DNA of 64,000 nt from Candidatus Woesebacteria bacterium RBG_13_46_13 (GTDB taxonomy: Bacteria > Patescibacteriota > Microgenomatia > UBA8517), in assembly GCA_001791995.1 (NCBI GenBank), contig MGFR01000001.1:78880-142879 (forward strand). The letters run 5' to 3'. The position numbers were made by a program, and so were the translations under genes. Of this stretch, positions 1-10,216 are shown piece by piece; the stretch's first letter is position 1, and each line of letters opens with the position of its first letter. Under the pieces are notes generated by a model. The model did no database searches, was not told where the DNA came from, and worked only from the letters and a program-made list of their open reading frames with translations.

Positions 1-273
1 TCCCCTATCCGTGGCCGCCTTGACATCAATATTGTCAAAGCCCACGGCATAGTTTGAAACCATCTTTAGCTGCGGCCCAGCCGCATCCATCAGGTCGCCG
101 TCGATCCTGTCGGTAAGAAGTGAAAGAATAACATCAACCCCGGCAACGCTCTTGACCAACTCCTCCCCGGTTAAGGGGCGATTAAACTCCGAAATAACAA
201 CTTCATGACCGTCTTTGGTAAGCTTTTCGAGATGGTCTCCCGGAATTTTTCGGGTGACGAATATTTTTGCCAT
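1..273 (-). CDS. D-isomer-specific 2-hydroxyacid dehydrogenase (glyoxylate reductase / D-glycerate dehydrogenase-like), 5' part, runs off window
   Basis: Manual translation from ATG 273: MAKIFVTRKIPG...LSLLTDRIDGDLMDAAGPQLKMVSNYAVGFDNIDV, the typical N-terminus of this family. Confidence 0.85.
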   Translation of the reverse strand, partial: MAKIFVTRKIPGDHLEKLTKDGHEVVISEFNRPLTGEELVKSVAGVDVILSLLTDRIDGDLMDAAGPQLKMVSNYAVGFDNIDVKAATDRG

Positions 274-275
274 TT

Positions 276-1271
276 TTAAATTTTGACTACTCCCATACCG
301 CTTGAGCGGGCCCTTTCAATCCATTCGGGCATCTCCTCGGCCCTTAGGAGCCCCTTTTGAGCCCCCGTATAGCCAATGACCGAAGCGGAGTTGATTGTTC
401 CCCAGGTTAAAGCCTCTTCAAAGCTCTTCCCTTTAATAATAGCCGAAAGAGTCCCCGAACCAAAAGCATCACCCGCACCGGTGCGTTCATAGGCATCAAC
501 GGGGAAAACCCCGGCTTTTAAGAAAGTCTGTCCGTCTCCGATATAAGATCCGTTATTCCCGTCGGTAATAACCGCGATCTTGGGTCCCAGCTTACCCACC
601 GCCGTGAGAAGTTCTTTTTCCTTTCCGTGGGAATCCGGCATGTTGGCCAGCTTTTCCGCCTCTTCCCGGTTGACAAACAAGACGTGGGTCAGGCCCAAAA
701 CATCACCTATCCCCTCCAGCCCGACCCGCAGTTGCCAGGTACCGGGATTGAAAGCGAGTTTGGTGTTGGGGTTTTTCTTTAACCAATCAACAATGTGGTT
801 ATAAAAAGGCCTGAAGCTCTCTCCCATCGAGGTTAGGTAGACCCAAGGGGCAGCCGGGAGCTGGACCGGAAATTCGTAGCTTCTGGGGGCGTGGTAGGTA
901 AAAATTGTCCTTTCCCCGCCGTAGGTGACTATTGTCGAAAAATTAGAAGCGGTAGAAGGTTGCTGAATTACATAAGTTAAATCCACACTCTCTGCTTTTA
1001 ATCTTTCGACAAGTTGATTACCCACACTATCATCCCCCAAGGTCAAAACCAATCCGGTTTTTACCCCCAATCGGGTTGTGCCGACCGAATTATTGGCGGC
1101 GTTCCCTCCTATCGAAAATTCCAAATTCTTAACCGGAATCTTTTCCCCGTAGGAAAAAGCTATGAAGCACTCCTTTGTATCAACTCTACAGAATTCTTCG
1201 GATTCGGTTGGGGCAATAAATACATCCAAGGACGCATCCCCTATGGATAAAAGATCGAATTGTTCATTCAT
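276..1271 (-). CDS. PfkB/ribokinase-family sugar kinase
   Basis: GGNAANN N-terminal motif and ERTGAGDAFGSG C-terminal PfkB signature. Confidence 0.9.
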   Translation of the reverse strand: MNEQFDLLSIGDASLDVFIAPTESEEFCRVDTKECFIAFSYGEKIPVKNLEFSIGGNAANNSVGTTRLGVKTGLVLTLGDDSVGNQLVERLKAESVDLTYVIQQPSTASNFSTIVTYGGERTIFTYHAPRSYEFPVQLPAAPWVYLTSMGESFRPFYNHIVDWLKKNPNTKLAFNPGTWQLRVGLEGIGDVLGLTHVLFVNREEAEKLANMPDSHGKEKELLTAVGKLGPKIAVITDGNNGSYIGDGQTFLKAGVFPVDAYERTGAGDAFGSGTLSAIIKGKSFEEALTWGTINSASVIGYTGAQKGLLRAEEMPEWIERARSSGMGVVKI

Positions 1272-2259
1272 ATTTCCCCTGTCTTGCCAAAGAAACGGAC
1301 TTGGCCCGCCTGTAGAAAGCTGCCTGGGCAGTACCTATATCTTCGTCTTTTCCCTGCCAAACATCCAGGGCTTCAGCCTGCAGAGCCCTGGCAAATGAGA
1401 ACGACAGTTCCCAGGGAGCATCTTTTTTGAGTTTGTTTATTTCATTAAGATTGGCTGTTGCCTCTTCTGGACTTTGCCCCCCCGAAAGGAAAACTATACC
1501 GGGAACTTCTTGGGGCACGGATTTCAGAACCGTTCTTAAGGTGGCCTGGGCAACCTCCAGAGGCGCGGCCTTAACCCCGCTGTCCTTCCCAGGTAAAACC
1601 ATGTTGGTTTTTAAAAGAAGTCCCTTGAGGTTAACCTGTTTCTCTTTAAGCGCTGTAAAAAGAGCAGTCAGGATATCGACCGTAACCTCGCCGCAGCGGG
1701 TAGTCGTATGATTCCCCTCAAGCAAAACTTCCGGCTCAACAATGGGAACAAGGCCTTCTTCTTGAGAGACCTTTGCATACTCCGTCATTCTCTGAACATT
1801 TTGAGAAACTGCTTCTTTTGAGGGATAAATATCGTTAATTACAAACGGAGCCCGCCATTTTGTAAATTTAAACCCCGCGGCCGCATACTTTTTCAGTCTA
1901 TCCGCCAAGCCCTCCAGTCCCTTGGCCAGCTCCTCTGTCACGTTTAAGGCTTCTCTCCCCTCATCAACCTTTATCCCCGGAGCAATTCCCCGTTTTATCA
2001 AGTATTCGGGGAAGGAAACTCCATCGTCTGTTTTTTGCCAGGCTGTCTCGTCGAAAAGGATAATCCCGCTTAAGAACTCCTCAATGCCGGCTGTGGTAAA
2101 AAGCATCTGGCGGTATTTGCGGTTAAGCTCCGGGGTGGAAGTTAAACCCACGGTCTCAAATCTTTTGGTTATCGTTCCCGTAGACTCATCGGCAGCCAGT
2201 AGGCCTTTAGTTGGGGCTACCAATTGGGAAGCAACACTCTCGAGCAGGCCTTTATCCAT
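1264..2259 (-). CDS. Class I fructose-bisphosphate aldolase
   Basis: GLLAADES, GIKVDEG, KWRA, PIVEPEV, FLSGGQS, SFSFARALQ motifs. Confidence 0.95.
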   Translation of the reverse strand: MDKGLLESVASQLVAPTKGLLAADESTGTITKRFETVGLTSTPELNRKYRQMLFTTAGIEEFLSGIILFDETAWQKTDDGVSFPEYLIKRGIAPGIKVDEGREALNVTEELAKGLEGLADRLKKYAAAGFKFTKWRAPFVINDIYPSKEAVSQNVQRMTEYAKVSQEEGLVPIVEPEVLLEGNHTTTRCGEVTVDILTALFTALKEKQVNLKGLLLKTNMVLPGKDSGVKAAPLEVAQATLRTVLKSVPQEVPGIVFLSGGQSPEEATANLNEINKLKKDAPWELSFSFARALQAEALDVWQGKDEDIGTAQAAFYRRAKSVSLARQGKYE

Positions 2260-2300
2260 ATGCAAAAATCAATTTATCATTTTTAGGTATAATAATGCCA

Positions 2301-3950
2301 GTGAGGAAACATCTTTTAGCCATCATTCTGATTTCCCTCTTCTCCCTCTTGGGGCTTAAAGCCCTCCTTGCCCCGGGTCTTTACACCGCCCACGATATCT
2401 GGCACCAAGTGGCCAGGCTTTACCATTACCAGAGAGCGGTTTCGGAAGGGGTGTTCCCGCCTTATTGGATAAGCACTCTGGCCGGAGGCTTTGGCTATCC
2501 CCTCTTTGTCTTCTCCTACCACTTTCCCTGGCTGTTAGCCCTTCCCATCCTCAAAATCGGTTTTGATATTCCGGCAACGATTAAGATTCTCTTTTTTATA
2601 AGCCACATCGCCTCCGGATTTGCCATGTATGTTCTTTCCCTGAGGGTCTTTAAAAGCAGATGGGCGGGGCTGACCTCGGCAATCCTGTACCTCTGGGCTC
2701 CTTTTAGATTCCTCACAATCATTGTTGCTGCAGCGATGGGTGTTGCCTTTGTCTTTACTTTTATTCCTATTCTTTGTTTAGGAATTCTACTCGCCGCCGA
2801 TGAGAAAAAGGCCAGGTGGGCGGTTATCTTAATTGCCCTAGGCACGGCTGGGATAATACTTTCCCATTTTTCGAGCGTGCTTGCCGTAATCCCAACGGCT
2901 GCAATTTTTTCTCTAGCAATATTCTTTACGGCAAAAGATAGAAAAGCATTCGTCCTAAATTCCTTAAGAGGATTGTTGCTGGGACTAGGGCTTTCGTCTT
3001 TTTACGTTTTGCCGGCGATCTATTATTCCAAGTTAGGAATAGGCTTCGGCAACAATTACCTAAGGTACTTTGTAAACTTATCCCAGCTTGTATATTCGAA
3101 GTGGGGTTACGGGCCGATAATCAATAGCGCCAAAGACGGAGAAATGTCGTTTCAGGTTGGAGTAGCGCATTGGATATCAATTGCCTTATCCTCCGTCTTA
3201 CTTATATTTTCGAAAAGGGGAAAAACTCAAAGACATATCCCGCTATCCCTTCTCATAGCTTTTGCTTTTTCATTGTTTATGATGCTCGACTATTCCTTAC
3301 CAGTTTGGGAAACCATAACTCACTTCGTTCCTGTTGACTTCCCTTTCAGGTTCATGTTGCCTGCAGTATTTGTAGCATCTCTCCTGGCAGGATTTGTAAT
3401 GATTTCGGTCGGAAAACTTATCAAGCCTATTCTGTTTATTTTCTTGATAGTCGTGGCCTTATTTACCAACAGAAATCACATCAGGGTGAATCTTTATACC
3501 GACTATCAGGTTGAAGATTACGTTGCTGCTGAATTTACGACTAGCTCGATGAATGAATATTTACCGCTTTGGGTTGATACCCACCTATTCTCAAGAAAGT
3601 CGACTTCGCCCCTGGAGCCCGAAAATATCCCTGTCAAGGATATCGAAAGGGCTACCCAAAAGCTTTCCTTTGAGGCCATCTTCCCCAAAGAGATGTCCGT
3701 CTCCGTTAACCATCTTGCATATCCAGGAATTATCCTCCGGGTTGACGGAAACCCAACAAATTATTCGAGGGATGTCTACGGTCGGGTGAGCTTTTCTGCC
3801 AGTAAAGGAAAGCACAATATCGCCGTTACCTTCGAAGAAACAAAAATGATCAAAATAGCGAAACTGGTTAGCCTGGGAAGCTTGATTGTTCTATTGGGAC
3901 TGATTTTTACTCCGCCTTTTTTGTCAAAACTCTCTTTACGGCCTCGATAA
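2301..3950 (+). CDS. Polytopic GT-C-like membrane protein (6-pyruvoyl-tetrahydropterin-synthase-related membrane / YfhO-like)
   Basis: HD..HxAR, GGFGYPLFVFSY, FPFRF, EYLP motifs with >10 TM segments; GTG 2301 lies 7 nt after TATAAT (ATG 2295 is an alternative start). Confidence 0.75.
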   Translation: MRKHLLAIILISLFSLLGLKALLAPGLYTAHDIWHQVARLYHYQRAVSEGVFPPYWISTLAGGFGYPLFVFSYHFPWLLALPILKIGFDIPATIKILFFISHIASGFAMYVLSLRVFKSRWAGLTSAILYLWAPFRFLTIIVAAAMGVAFVFTFIPILCLGILLAADEKKARWAVILIALGTAGIILSHFSSVLAVIPTAAIFSLAIFFTAKDRKAFVLNSLRGLLLGLGLSSFYVLPAIYYSKLGIGFGNNYLRYFVNLSQLVYSKWGYGPIINSAKDGEMSFQVGVAHWISIALSSVLLIFSKRGKTQRHIPLSLLIAFAFSLFMMLDYSLPVWETITHFVPVDFPFRFMLPAVFVASLLAGFVMISVGKLIKPILFIFLIVVALFTNRNHIRVNLYTDYQVEDYVAAEFTTSSMNEYLPLWVDTHLFSRKSTSPLEPENIPVKDIERATQKLSFEAIFPKEMSVSVNHLAYPGIILRVDGNPTNYSRDVYGRVSFSASKGKHNIAVTFEETKMIKIAKLVSLGSLIVLLGLIFTPPFLSKLSLRPR

Positions 3951-4902
3951 TATCTTTGGCCTTCATCCCGTATTTTGCCAGAAGCTCATCCGGCGCTCCC
4001 GATTCACCAAAACAATCAGGCATCCCCACAATTTCCATCGGTACCGGAAAGTTCTTGGCCAAAACTTCCGCTACAGCCCCTCCTAGTCCTCCCGTTACCT
4101 GATGCTCCTCGACGGTTACCACGGCACCGGTTATTTTTGCGGCGTGGATTATCGCCCTGGTATCCAGCGGTTTAACTGTATGGGAATTAATAACCAGAAC
4201 TTCGATTCCTTTCTTATCCAGCTCTTTGGCGGCTAGCATGGCCTCATAAACCAAAGGACCACAAGCGATGATGGCTGCCTGGGGACTTTTGCTCTCCCAA
4301 AAGACCTCGGCCCTGCCAATCTTAAAAGGCGTTTTCTCCGAGGTAAAAACCGGAGACTTTTCCCGGGCGAAGCGGATATAGACCGGGTGTTGGGTTTTGG
4401 CTGCCTCAACGGTGGCTTTTTTGGCTTCGATTAAATCGCAGGGGGCAATTACCGTCATGTTGGGCATCGCCCGCATCAGGGCTATATCCTCAAGCATCTG
4501 GTGGGTGGCCCCATCGGGACCGACGGAAACACCGGCGTGGGCCCCGGCAATTATTACGGGTAAATCGTTTAAGGCGATTGTTGTTCGGATCTGTTCCCAA
4601 TTTCGGCCCGGGGAAAATGCGGCGTAGGAGGAGATAAAGGGAATTTTGCCGTAATTGGCCATACCCGCGGCAATGGTTGCCAGGGCTTGCTCCGCAACAC
4701 CGACTTCGATAAATCTCTCGGGAAAGCGTTCTTTAAAAAGAATCGAGCGGGTTGATTCGGTTAAATCCGCACACAAAACAACGACGTTTGCGTTTTTCTC
4801 CCCTGCGACAACCAGTCCTTCACCGTAACCCTGGCGGGTGGCAACTTTTTCAATATCTTTCTGAAATATCTTTTTGGACAGTCTGGCTTTTGTATTTAAC
4901 AT
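3907..4902 (-). CDS. Transketolase, C-terminal subunit
   Basis: ADL..ST, EVGVAEQ, GPDGATHQ, VEEHQ..GGLG motifs. Confidence 0.95.
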   Translation of the reverse strand: MLNTKARLSKKIFQKDIEKVATRQGYGEGLVVAGEKNANVVVLCADLTESTRSILFKERFPERFIEVGVAEQALATIAAGMANYGKIPFISSYAAFSPGRNWEQIRTTIALNDLPVIIAGAHAGVSVGPDGATHQMLEDIALMRAMPNMTVIAPCDLIEAKKATVEAAKTQHPVYIRFAREKSPVFTSEKTPFKIGRAEVFWESKSPQAAIIACGPLVYEAMLAAKELDKKGIEVLVINSHTVKPLDTRAIIHAAKITGAVVTVEEHQVTGGLGGAVAEVLAKNFPVPMEIVGMPDCFGESGAPDELLAKYGMKAKDIIEAVKRVLTKKAE

Positions 4903-4914
4903 CGACTAACCCCT

Positions 4915-5136
4915 TCATAATCTCGACGTGCAATTGAGAAACTTTTGACCCTCGCTGCAGCCTCCCTCACCACAGGTCAAACCATATTGGTAGTTGGCTT
5001 TACACAAAATAGTTTTTTTGCATTGAACTTCGTCTTTGGTCAAACAGGAGGCGTTGGCTCCACCAATTCCCCCCAAAAACAATACTCCCAGCACCGCGAG
5101 GATGATTACAAAGGCAATTATGATCAGTTTGGTCAT
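4915..5136 (-). CDS. Small Cys-rich secreted/membrane-anchored protein
   Basis: N-terminal hydrophobic helix followed by six Cys in ~45 aa; fills the gap between the two transketolase halves. Confidence 0.6.
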   Translation of the reverse strand: MTKLIIIAFVIILAVLGVLFLGGIGGANASCLTKDEVQCKKTILCKANYQYGLTCGEGGCSEGQKFLNCTSRL

Positions 5137-5139
5137 ATT

Positions 5140-5976
5140 TTATTCGGCTTTGGCACCCTTTCTTAGCTCCTCCAGCGCAATCTTGGCTTCCTCGGGGTTC
5201 GGAGGCTTGCCGTGCCATTCGAATTTATTTTCCATAAAGCTCACTCCCTTGCCGGGGATGGTATGGGCAATTATTACGGTTGGATTCTCATAAACCGCCC
5301 GTGCTTCGTTCACCGCGTCGATAATCTCCTGGATATTGTGTCCGTCAATCTCGATGACGTGCCAATTGAAGGCTTTGTATTTTTCCACCAAGGGCTCAAG
5401 AGGCATGACATCCTCGGTAAAGCCGTCGATTTGGATATTGTTCCTGTCGACAATGGCTGTAAGATTCGCAAGGTTATATTTTCCAGCAAAGGCAACCGCT
5501 TCCCAGTGGTTTCCTTCCTGGTGTTCGCCGTCGCTGGTTACGCAATAGACTCTGAAGCGGCCTCCGTCCATTCTGGCCGCGTAAGCATAACCCGCGGCTT
5601 GGGCCAGCCCCGAACCCAAAGGGCCGGAAGTTGTTTCCATTCCGGGCAATCTGAGTCTTTCCGGATGACCCTGAAGCCTGCTGCCTAGCCTTCTTAAGGT
5701 CTTAAGCTCCGCAACCGGGAAATAACCCGCCTCGGCCATGGCGGCATAGCGGACCGGACAGATGTGACCGTTAGAAAGAATCAATCTGTCGCGTTCCGGC
5801 CAAAAAGGCTTGTGGGGGTCGTGATTGAGGATGGCAAAGTAGAAAGCGGCGAAGATGTCCGCCATACCCAATGGTCCTGCGGAATGACCCGACCCCGCCG
5901 CCAGAAGCATCTTAATGATGTCTTTACGGATTTCGTTGGCTTTTTTCTCTATTTGGGCAATGGACAGGTTGGCCAT
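5140..5976 (-). CDS. Transketolase, N-terminal (TPP-binding) subunit
   Basis: GSGH, DRLILSNGH, LQGHP, SGPLGSG, SDGEHQEG motifs. Confidence 0.95.
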   Translation of the reverse strand: MANLSIAQIEKKANEIRKDIIKMLLAAGSGHSAGPLGMADIFAAFYFAILNHDPHKPFWPERDRLILSNGHICPVRYAAMAEAGYFPVAELKTLRRLGSRLQGHPERLRLPGMETTSGPLGSGLAQAAGYAYAARMDGGRFRVYCVTSDGEHQEGNHWEAVAFAGKYNLANLTAIVDRNNIQIDGFTEDVMPLEPLVEKYKAFNWHVIEIDGHNIQEIIDAVNEARAVYENPTVIIAHTIPGKGVSFMENKFEWHGKPPNPEEAKIALEELRKGAKAE

Positions 5977-5982
5977 AAATCA

Positions 5983-6603
5983 TTAGGTCTGGAAAGCCTT
6001 TTCTTCCTTGTGGGCGTTATTCTTTTCCTTAAGAATCCCTTCGAACATGTTCAGGGCCCGGTAGGCCTCCTCGGGAGAGTTGACTACCTTAAAAACCTTC
6101 AACTCCTCCGGTCTGATTCTCATATTTTTTACAAAAGTATCGATGATGTTGTTCCAAAATTCACCGTATAAGACCAGCGGTTTGTGGTGACCGAAATAAA
6201 GCCTCGCCAAGCCCCAGCTCATGCCGAATTCGGAAATAGTCCCGGTACCGCCGCGAAAAACCACATAGGCATCTCCCAAATCCAAAAGTTTCAATGTCCT
6301 TTCCAAATAGTTTTTGGTTTTGATTTCGATATCAAAAGGATTATTGGTATCCCGGCCTTCAAAATTGGTGATGTCCTTCGGATAAAAAGTGACCCCGATG
6401 GCCGTTCCCCCCGCCGCCTTGGCCCCTTCGGAGACCGCCCTCATTGTTCCCGGCCCGCCGCCGTTGATGGCCACAAAACCCTTTGCGGTTAGGTGTTTGG
6501 ACACCTCGAAAGCCTCTTTGTATAAAGGGTCATTCGGTGCCGCATCCGCAAAACCGAAATAGGCCACCTGTTTTATCTTTCTTTTTGAAAAATCTTTATC
6601 CAT
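5983..6603 (-). CDS. LOG / SMF-DprA-SLOG family Rossmann protein
   Basis: NGGGPGTM and VFRGGTGTISE (PGGxGT-like) motifs. Confidence 0.8.
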   Translation of the reverse strand: MDKDFSKRKIKQVAYFGFADAAPNDPLYKEAFEVSKHLTAKGFVAINGGGPGTMRAVSEGAKAAGGTAIGVTFYPKDITNFEGRDTNNPFDIEIKTKNYLERTLKLLDLGDAYVVFRGGTGTISEFGMSWGLARLYFGHHKPLVLYGEFWNNIIDTFVKNMRIRPEELKVFKVVNSPEEAYRALNMFEGILKEKNNAHKEEKAFQT

Positions 6604-7222
6604 ATTTTTCTATGTTAACCGCGGGGTCTCCGTCGAATAACCTTTTGCCTACCGCAACTTCATCCGCCCCCGCCTCACTTATTTTGCCAACCAGCTCCGG
6701 GGTCACCCCTCCGTCGACGCAAATCTTAAAAGTTCCGCTACCCCTTGCCTCATTTAATTGTTTTATCTTAGAAATGGCCTTCTCGTCAAACGGCTGGCCT
6801 CCGAACCCGGCTTTAACCGACATTACCAGAACAACATCCAGACTTGCCAAAACCGCCTCATCGAGCGCAGAAACGGGTGTGGCCAGGTCAATCCCCAGCC
6901 CGACCGAGACTCCCAACTCTTGGGCCTTACCCAAAAATTCCATCTGGTTGGACATCATCTCAACCTGTCCGATAACTCTGCCCGCCCCACCCCGAACCGA
7001 TCTCTCAACCCAATCGCTTGGTTCTTTGGTCATCAAGTGAAAATCCAAATCGACCGTTGTCTCTATCCCCTCCATGGCGGAGGGGTCGATGGTCCTGTTT
7101 TGAGCAAAAACACCGTCAATAATGTCTATCTGAGCCCGCTTAACCAGTTCCTCAAGCCTATCCAGTTTTTCCTGGGCCTCACGAATATCGGCTGTTAAGA
7201 TGGTTGGAATTACTTCGACCAT
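6596..7222 (-). CDS. rpe: Ribulose-phosphate 3-epimerase
   Basis: IDIIDGVF, DFHLM, VMSVKAGFGGQ, VDGGV motifs. Confidence 0.9.
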   Translation of the reverse strand: MVEVIPTILTADIREAQEKLDRLEELVKRAQIDIIDGVFAQNRTIDPSAMEGIETTVDLDFHLMTKEPSDWVERSVRGGAGRVIGQVEMMSNQMEFLGKAQELGVSVGLGIDLATPVSALDEAVLASLDVVLVMSVKAGFGGQPFDEKAISKIKQLNEARGSGTFKICVDGGVTPELVGKISEAGADEVAVGKRLFDGDPAVNIEKYG

Positions 7223-7689
7223 TTTTTGGCAAATTCTTTAAGGGCGGCCGTTTGTACATCCTCGATATGGGTTTCCGGTCGTTTTTCTTTAATCGAATTT
7301 AGCGCCTCCTCGACCGAAAAGCCTTTATATCTGACCAGATAGGCCGCGACCAAGGACGGACTTCTGCCGTGCCCGTTCTTACAATGAACATAGACTTTTT
7401 TACCCTGGGTTACGGCACTGTCTATCAGTTGCGAACCGATTTCCAACTGTAAGGGGGATGGGGCTACCCCGTCGACAACCGGCAGCCAGCTATAGACTTC
7501 GATTTCCTTGGGTGGAAGTTCGTTTTCCTCTTGGCTTAAGTTTAATTCCACCTCTACACCCAAGGTCTTAAACTGTTCCGCATGCAGAAGACAAACCCCG
7601 GCTTTACACAAATCGCTGCCTATAAAGACGTTCTCGGTAATCACCGAATAATCGAATTTATGTTCGTCTCCTCTTCCGGTTGGTTCCAT
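7210..7689 (-). CDS. Dual-specificity (CX5R) phosphatase
   Basis: VYVHCKNGHGRS active-site loop and upstream general-acid VVD. Confidence 0.85.
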   Translation of the reverse strand: MEPTGRGDEHKFDYSVITENVFIGSDLCKAGVCLLHAEQFKTLGVEVELNLSQEENELPPKEIEVYSWLPVVDGVAPSPLQLEIGSQLIDSAVTQGKKVYVHCKNGHGRSPSLVAAYLVRYKGFSVEEALNSIKEKRPETHIEDVQTAALKEFAKKWSK

Positions 7690-8795
7690 TATTTATTCGG
7701 CGAAAAAGACAGGGTTATCGCATCCGAGGGTGCCACTCGTGAGCCGATGGTTTTGCCTACCCTGATGACTTGCTCTACCAGGCGATTGGCATAACCCCAT
7801 TCGTTGTCGTACCAGGCAAAGACCTTAATCAAATTTCCGGCAACCACCTGGGTCAGGGATAAATCAACAATGGCCGACTCGCTGGTTCCGATAATATCCG
7901 AGGATACCAGGGGTTTGTCGGTCACACCCAGAATTCCCTTATAGATGGGATTCTGGGAAGCCTCAATAAAAGCCTGGTTAACCTCCTCCACACTCACGTC
8001 GCGCTTTAATAGGACCGAAAAATCCGTAATCGAACCCGTTGCCACCGGAACCCTTAAGGCCCGGCCGTCAAAAAGCCCCCTTAACTCGGGGATTGTTTCG
8101 GTGGTGGAAATTGCCGCCCCCGTCGTTGTCGGGATAATATTTTCAGCGGCAGCCCTAGCCCTTCTTAGGTCCTTGTGCGAATTATCCTGAAGGTTCTGGT
8201 CGTCCGTATAGCCGTGGATGGTCGTCATGGCTGCCTTGGCTATCCCGAATTTTGCTTGAAGAACAGCCGCAACCGGGGCCACACAGTTGGTGGTGCAGGA
8301 GGAGTTGGACAGAACGTCGGTTTCTCCCTTGAAATCATTGACCCCGATAATATAAGTGCCCACATTGCCGCCTTTAACCGGCGCGGAAATGATAACCACC
8401 TTGGCCCCTCCGACGGAGTGTTTTTTGGCATCCTCGGCCGTGGTAAACCTACCGGTAGCCTCAATGACGACCTCCACCCCAAATTTACTCCAGGGAATCT
8501 TGGCCGGGTCTTTCTGCGCCAAAACTGGGATTTTCTTGCCGTTGACTATGAGGTTGCCGATTTGGGGATCCGCATCGGTTGTTGCCTCCGGGTCCTTGAC
8601 CTCCTCGCTTTTGACATCTACCCCGAAGCGTCGGTACATCGTGTCGTAGGTAACCAGATGGGCCCAGCCGGCAGTATCCATCGAGCCGGAAGTGTTAACT
8701 GCGGCAACTTCTATTTCATTGGTATGTTTCAGAAGAGCAATCCTGAAAGCAATTCTGCCGATGCGGCCGAATCCGTTTATTCCTACTTTGAGCAT
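7689..8795 (-). CDS. gap: Type I glyceraldehyde-3-phosphate dehydrogenase
   Basis: GINGFGRIGR, SCTTNC, WYDNEWGY motifs. Confidence 0.97.
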   Translation of the reverse strand: MLKVGINGFGRIGRIAFRIALLKHTNEIEVAAVNTSGSMDTAGWAHLVTYDTMYRRFGVDVKSEEVKDPEATTDADPQIGNLIVNGKKIPVLAQKDPAKIPWSKFGVEVVIEATGRFTTAEDAKKHSVGGAKVVIISAPVKGGNVGTYIIGVNDFKGETDVLSNSSCTTNCVAPVAAVLQAKFGIAKAAMTTIHGYTDDQNLQDNSHKDLRRARAAAENIIPTTTGAAISTTETIPELRGLFDGRALRVPVATGSITDFSVLLKRDVSVEEVNQAFIEASQNPIYKGILGVTDKPLVSSDIIGTSESAIVDLSLTQVVAGNLIKVFAWYDNEWGYANRLVEQVIRVGKTIGSRVAPSDAITLSFSPNK

Positions 8796-8799
8796 TAGT

Positions 8800-9765
8800 T
8801 CATTCTAACAGCGCCTCTATCCCCGGTAAAGTTTTTTTCGCCAAAAATTCAAGCATGGCTCCCCCGCCGACCGATATCCAGTCAAATTTATTCTCGAGTT
8901 TGTACAAGGAAACCACTACGTGGCTATCTCCCCCTCCGGTCACCTTATAGGCATCTGACTCGGCAACTTTGGCAAAGACTCTTTGGGTTCCCTGGCGGTG
9001 GCCCTCATCCTCGTATTTACCCATTGGTCCGGCAATGACAATCGTTTTGGCCTTTTCGATTTCGCTTTCAAAGCGCTCGATGGAATTTATCGTAATATCC
9101 TCTTTATCCATCACCAGGTTGGCGGTTACAATTTTTTCGTTGGGTCCAAGGCTGCGAATGCTCTCCTCAAAACCCAGATATTCGGGCAGCCTGCCTCCGA
9201 CAAGAAGTTTATCCGCAACTTCGGCCAGGGGTTTGACCAGTTCGACCTTGTCTTTTTTTGAGCCGCCGAGGATGATTACCAAGGGTCTCTGGGGATTTTC
9301 CAAAACCTGGCCCAGTTTTTCCACCTCCTGGATAAATCTCAACCCCGCGGCGTGGGGTAACAGTTTCGGTAGGGCCACTATCGAAGCATGGCTTCTGTGG
9401 CTATCGGCAAAAGCCTCGTTGACAAAGAAATCGGCACCTTGGGCAAGCTTTTGGGCAAATGCAGTATTGTTTGCCTCCTCCCCGGGGTCAAAGCGCAAGT
9501 TTTCCAAAACCTCAAATTCTACTGCTCCTGCCAGTTTTCTTAGTCTCTCTTCAACCGGTCCTACTTTTAATTCCTCAACTGTCTTTCCCTCGGGACGACC
9601 GCGATGACCGATGAGGGTAATCTCCGCCCCTTTTTCGGATAACAGCTTGAGTGTCGGGACAAGAGCCTGCAACCGGTAATCCTCCCCGTCGGGAACATCA
9701 AGATCGACACGCAATAGCACCTTTTTAGCGCGAACCTCAAGATCTTGGACAGATGGAAGATTCAT
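8800..9765 (-). CDS. pgk: Phosphoglycerate kinase (short, 321 aa)
   Basis: LRVDLDVP, HRGRP, LENLRF, HRSHAS, GGGDS, ISVGGGAMLEFL motifs. Confidence 0.93.
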   Translation of the reverse strand: MNLPSVQDLEVRAKKVLLRVDLDVPDGEDYRLQALVPTLKLLSEKGAEITLIGHRGRPEGKTVEELKVGPVEERLRKLAGAVEFEVLENLRFDPGEEANNTAFAQKLAQGADFFVNEAFADSHRSHASIVALPKLLPHAAGLRFIQEVEKLGQVLENPQRPLVIILGGSKKDKVELVKPLAEVADKLLVGGRLPEYLGFEESIRSLGPNEKIVTANLVMDKEDITINSIERFESEIEKAKTIVIAGPMGKYEDEGHRQGTQRVFAKVAESDAYKVTGGGDSHVVVSLYKLENKFDWISVGGGAMLEFLAKKTLPGIEALLE

Positions 9766-10215
9766 TTAATTGTTGGCTTCGATTTTTTTGATTTCGGAAA
9801 GCCGTCTAGCAAAGCGTGCCTTACCCCCAAACTTGGTCTCCAAAAAAGCCTCAAGCATTGCCTTGGCTTCGTCGTCTTTGGTAAAATCAGCCGCCAAAAC
9901 CAGAATGTTCATATCATCGTCACTCCGTCCCGCCTTAACCTGCTCGGGGGTCTTACCCAAAGAGGCCCTTACTCCATCGAATTTATTGGCGGCAACATCA
10001 ACCCCCACCCCGCTGCCACAAAGGAGAATTCCCCTGGCTCCCGTGTCTTTCCCGACCATCGAGGCCACTTTCTCGGCATAGACGGTGTAATCGTCTTCGG
10101 GGACAAGAGTCTCCGCTCCCAAATCTTCAAAGACAAGTCCTTTTTCAAAAAGCCATCTCGAAATTTTCTCTTTTAAGTCAAATCCCCGATGGTCTGCTCC
10201 CAAGTAGATTTTCAT
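9766..10215 (-). CDS. rpiB: Ribose-5-phosphate isomerase B
   Basis: GADHRG, CGSGVG, ANKFDGVRA motifs. Confidence 0.92.
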   Translation of the reverse strand: MKIYLGADHRGFDLKEKISRWLFEKGLVFEDLGAETLVPEDDYTVYAEKVASMVGKDTGARGILLCGSGVGVDVAANKFDGVRASLGKTPEQVKAGRSDDDMNILVLAADFTKDDEAKAMLEAFLETKFGGKARFARRLSEIKKIEANN

Positions 10216-10216
10216 C

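Noticed and set aside
3907-5976. Split transketolase as a pseudogene
   Set aside because: Two-subunit transketolase is a common intact arrangement, and both halves are complete
8969-9607. Long antisense ORFs here and opposite fba, gap, dnaG, dnaN and dnaA
   Set aside because: Shadow frames of conserved genes with no independent signals
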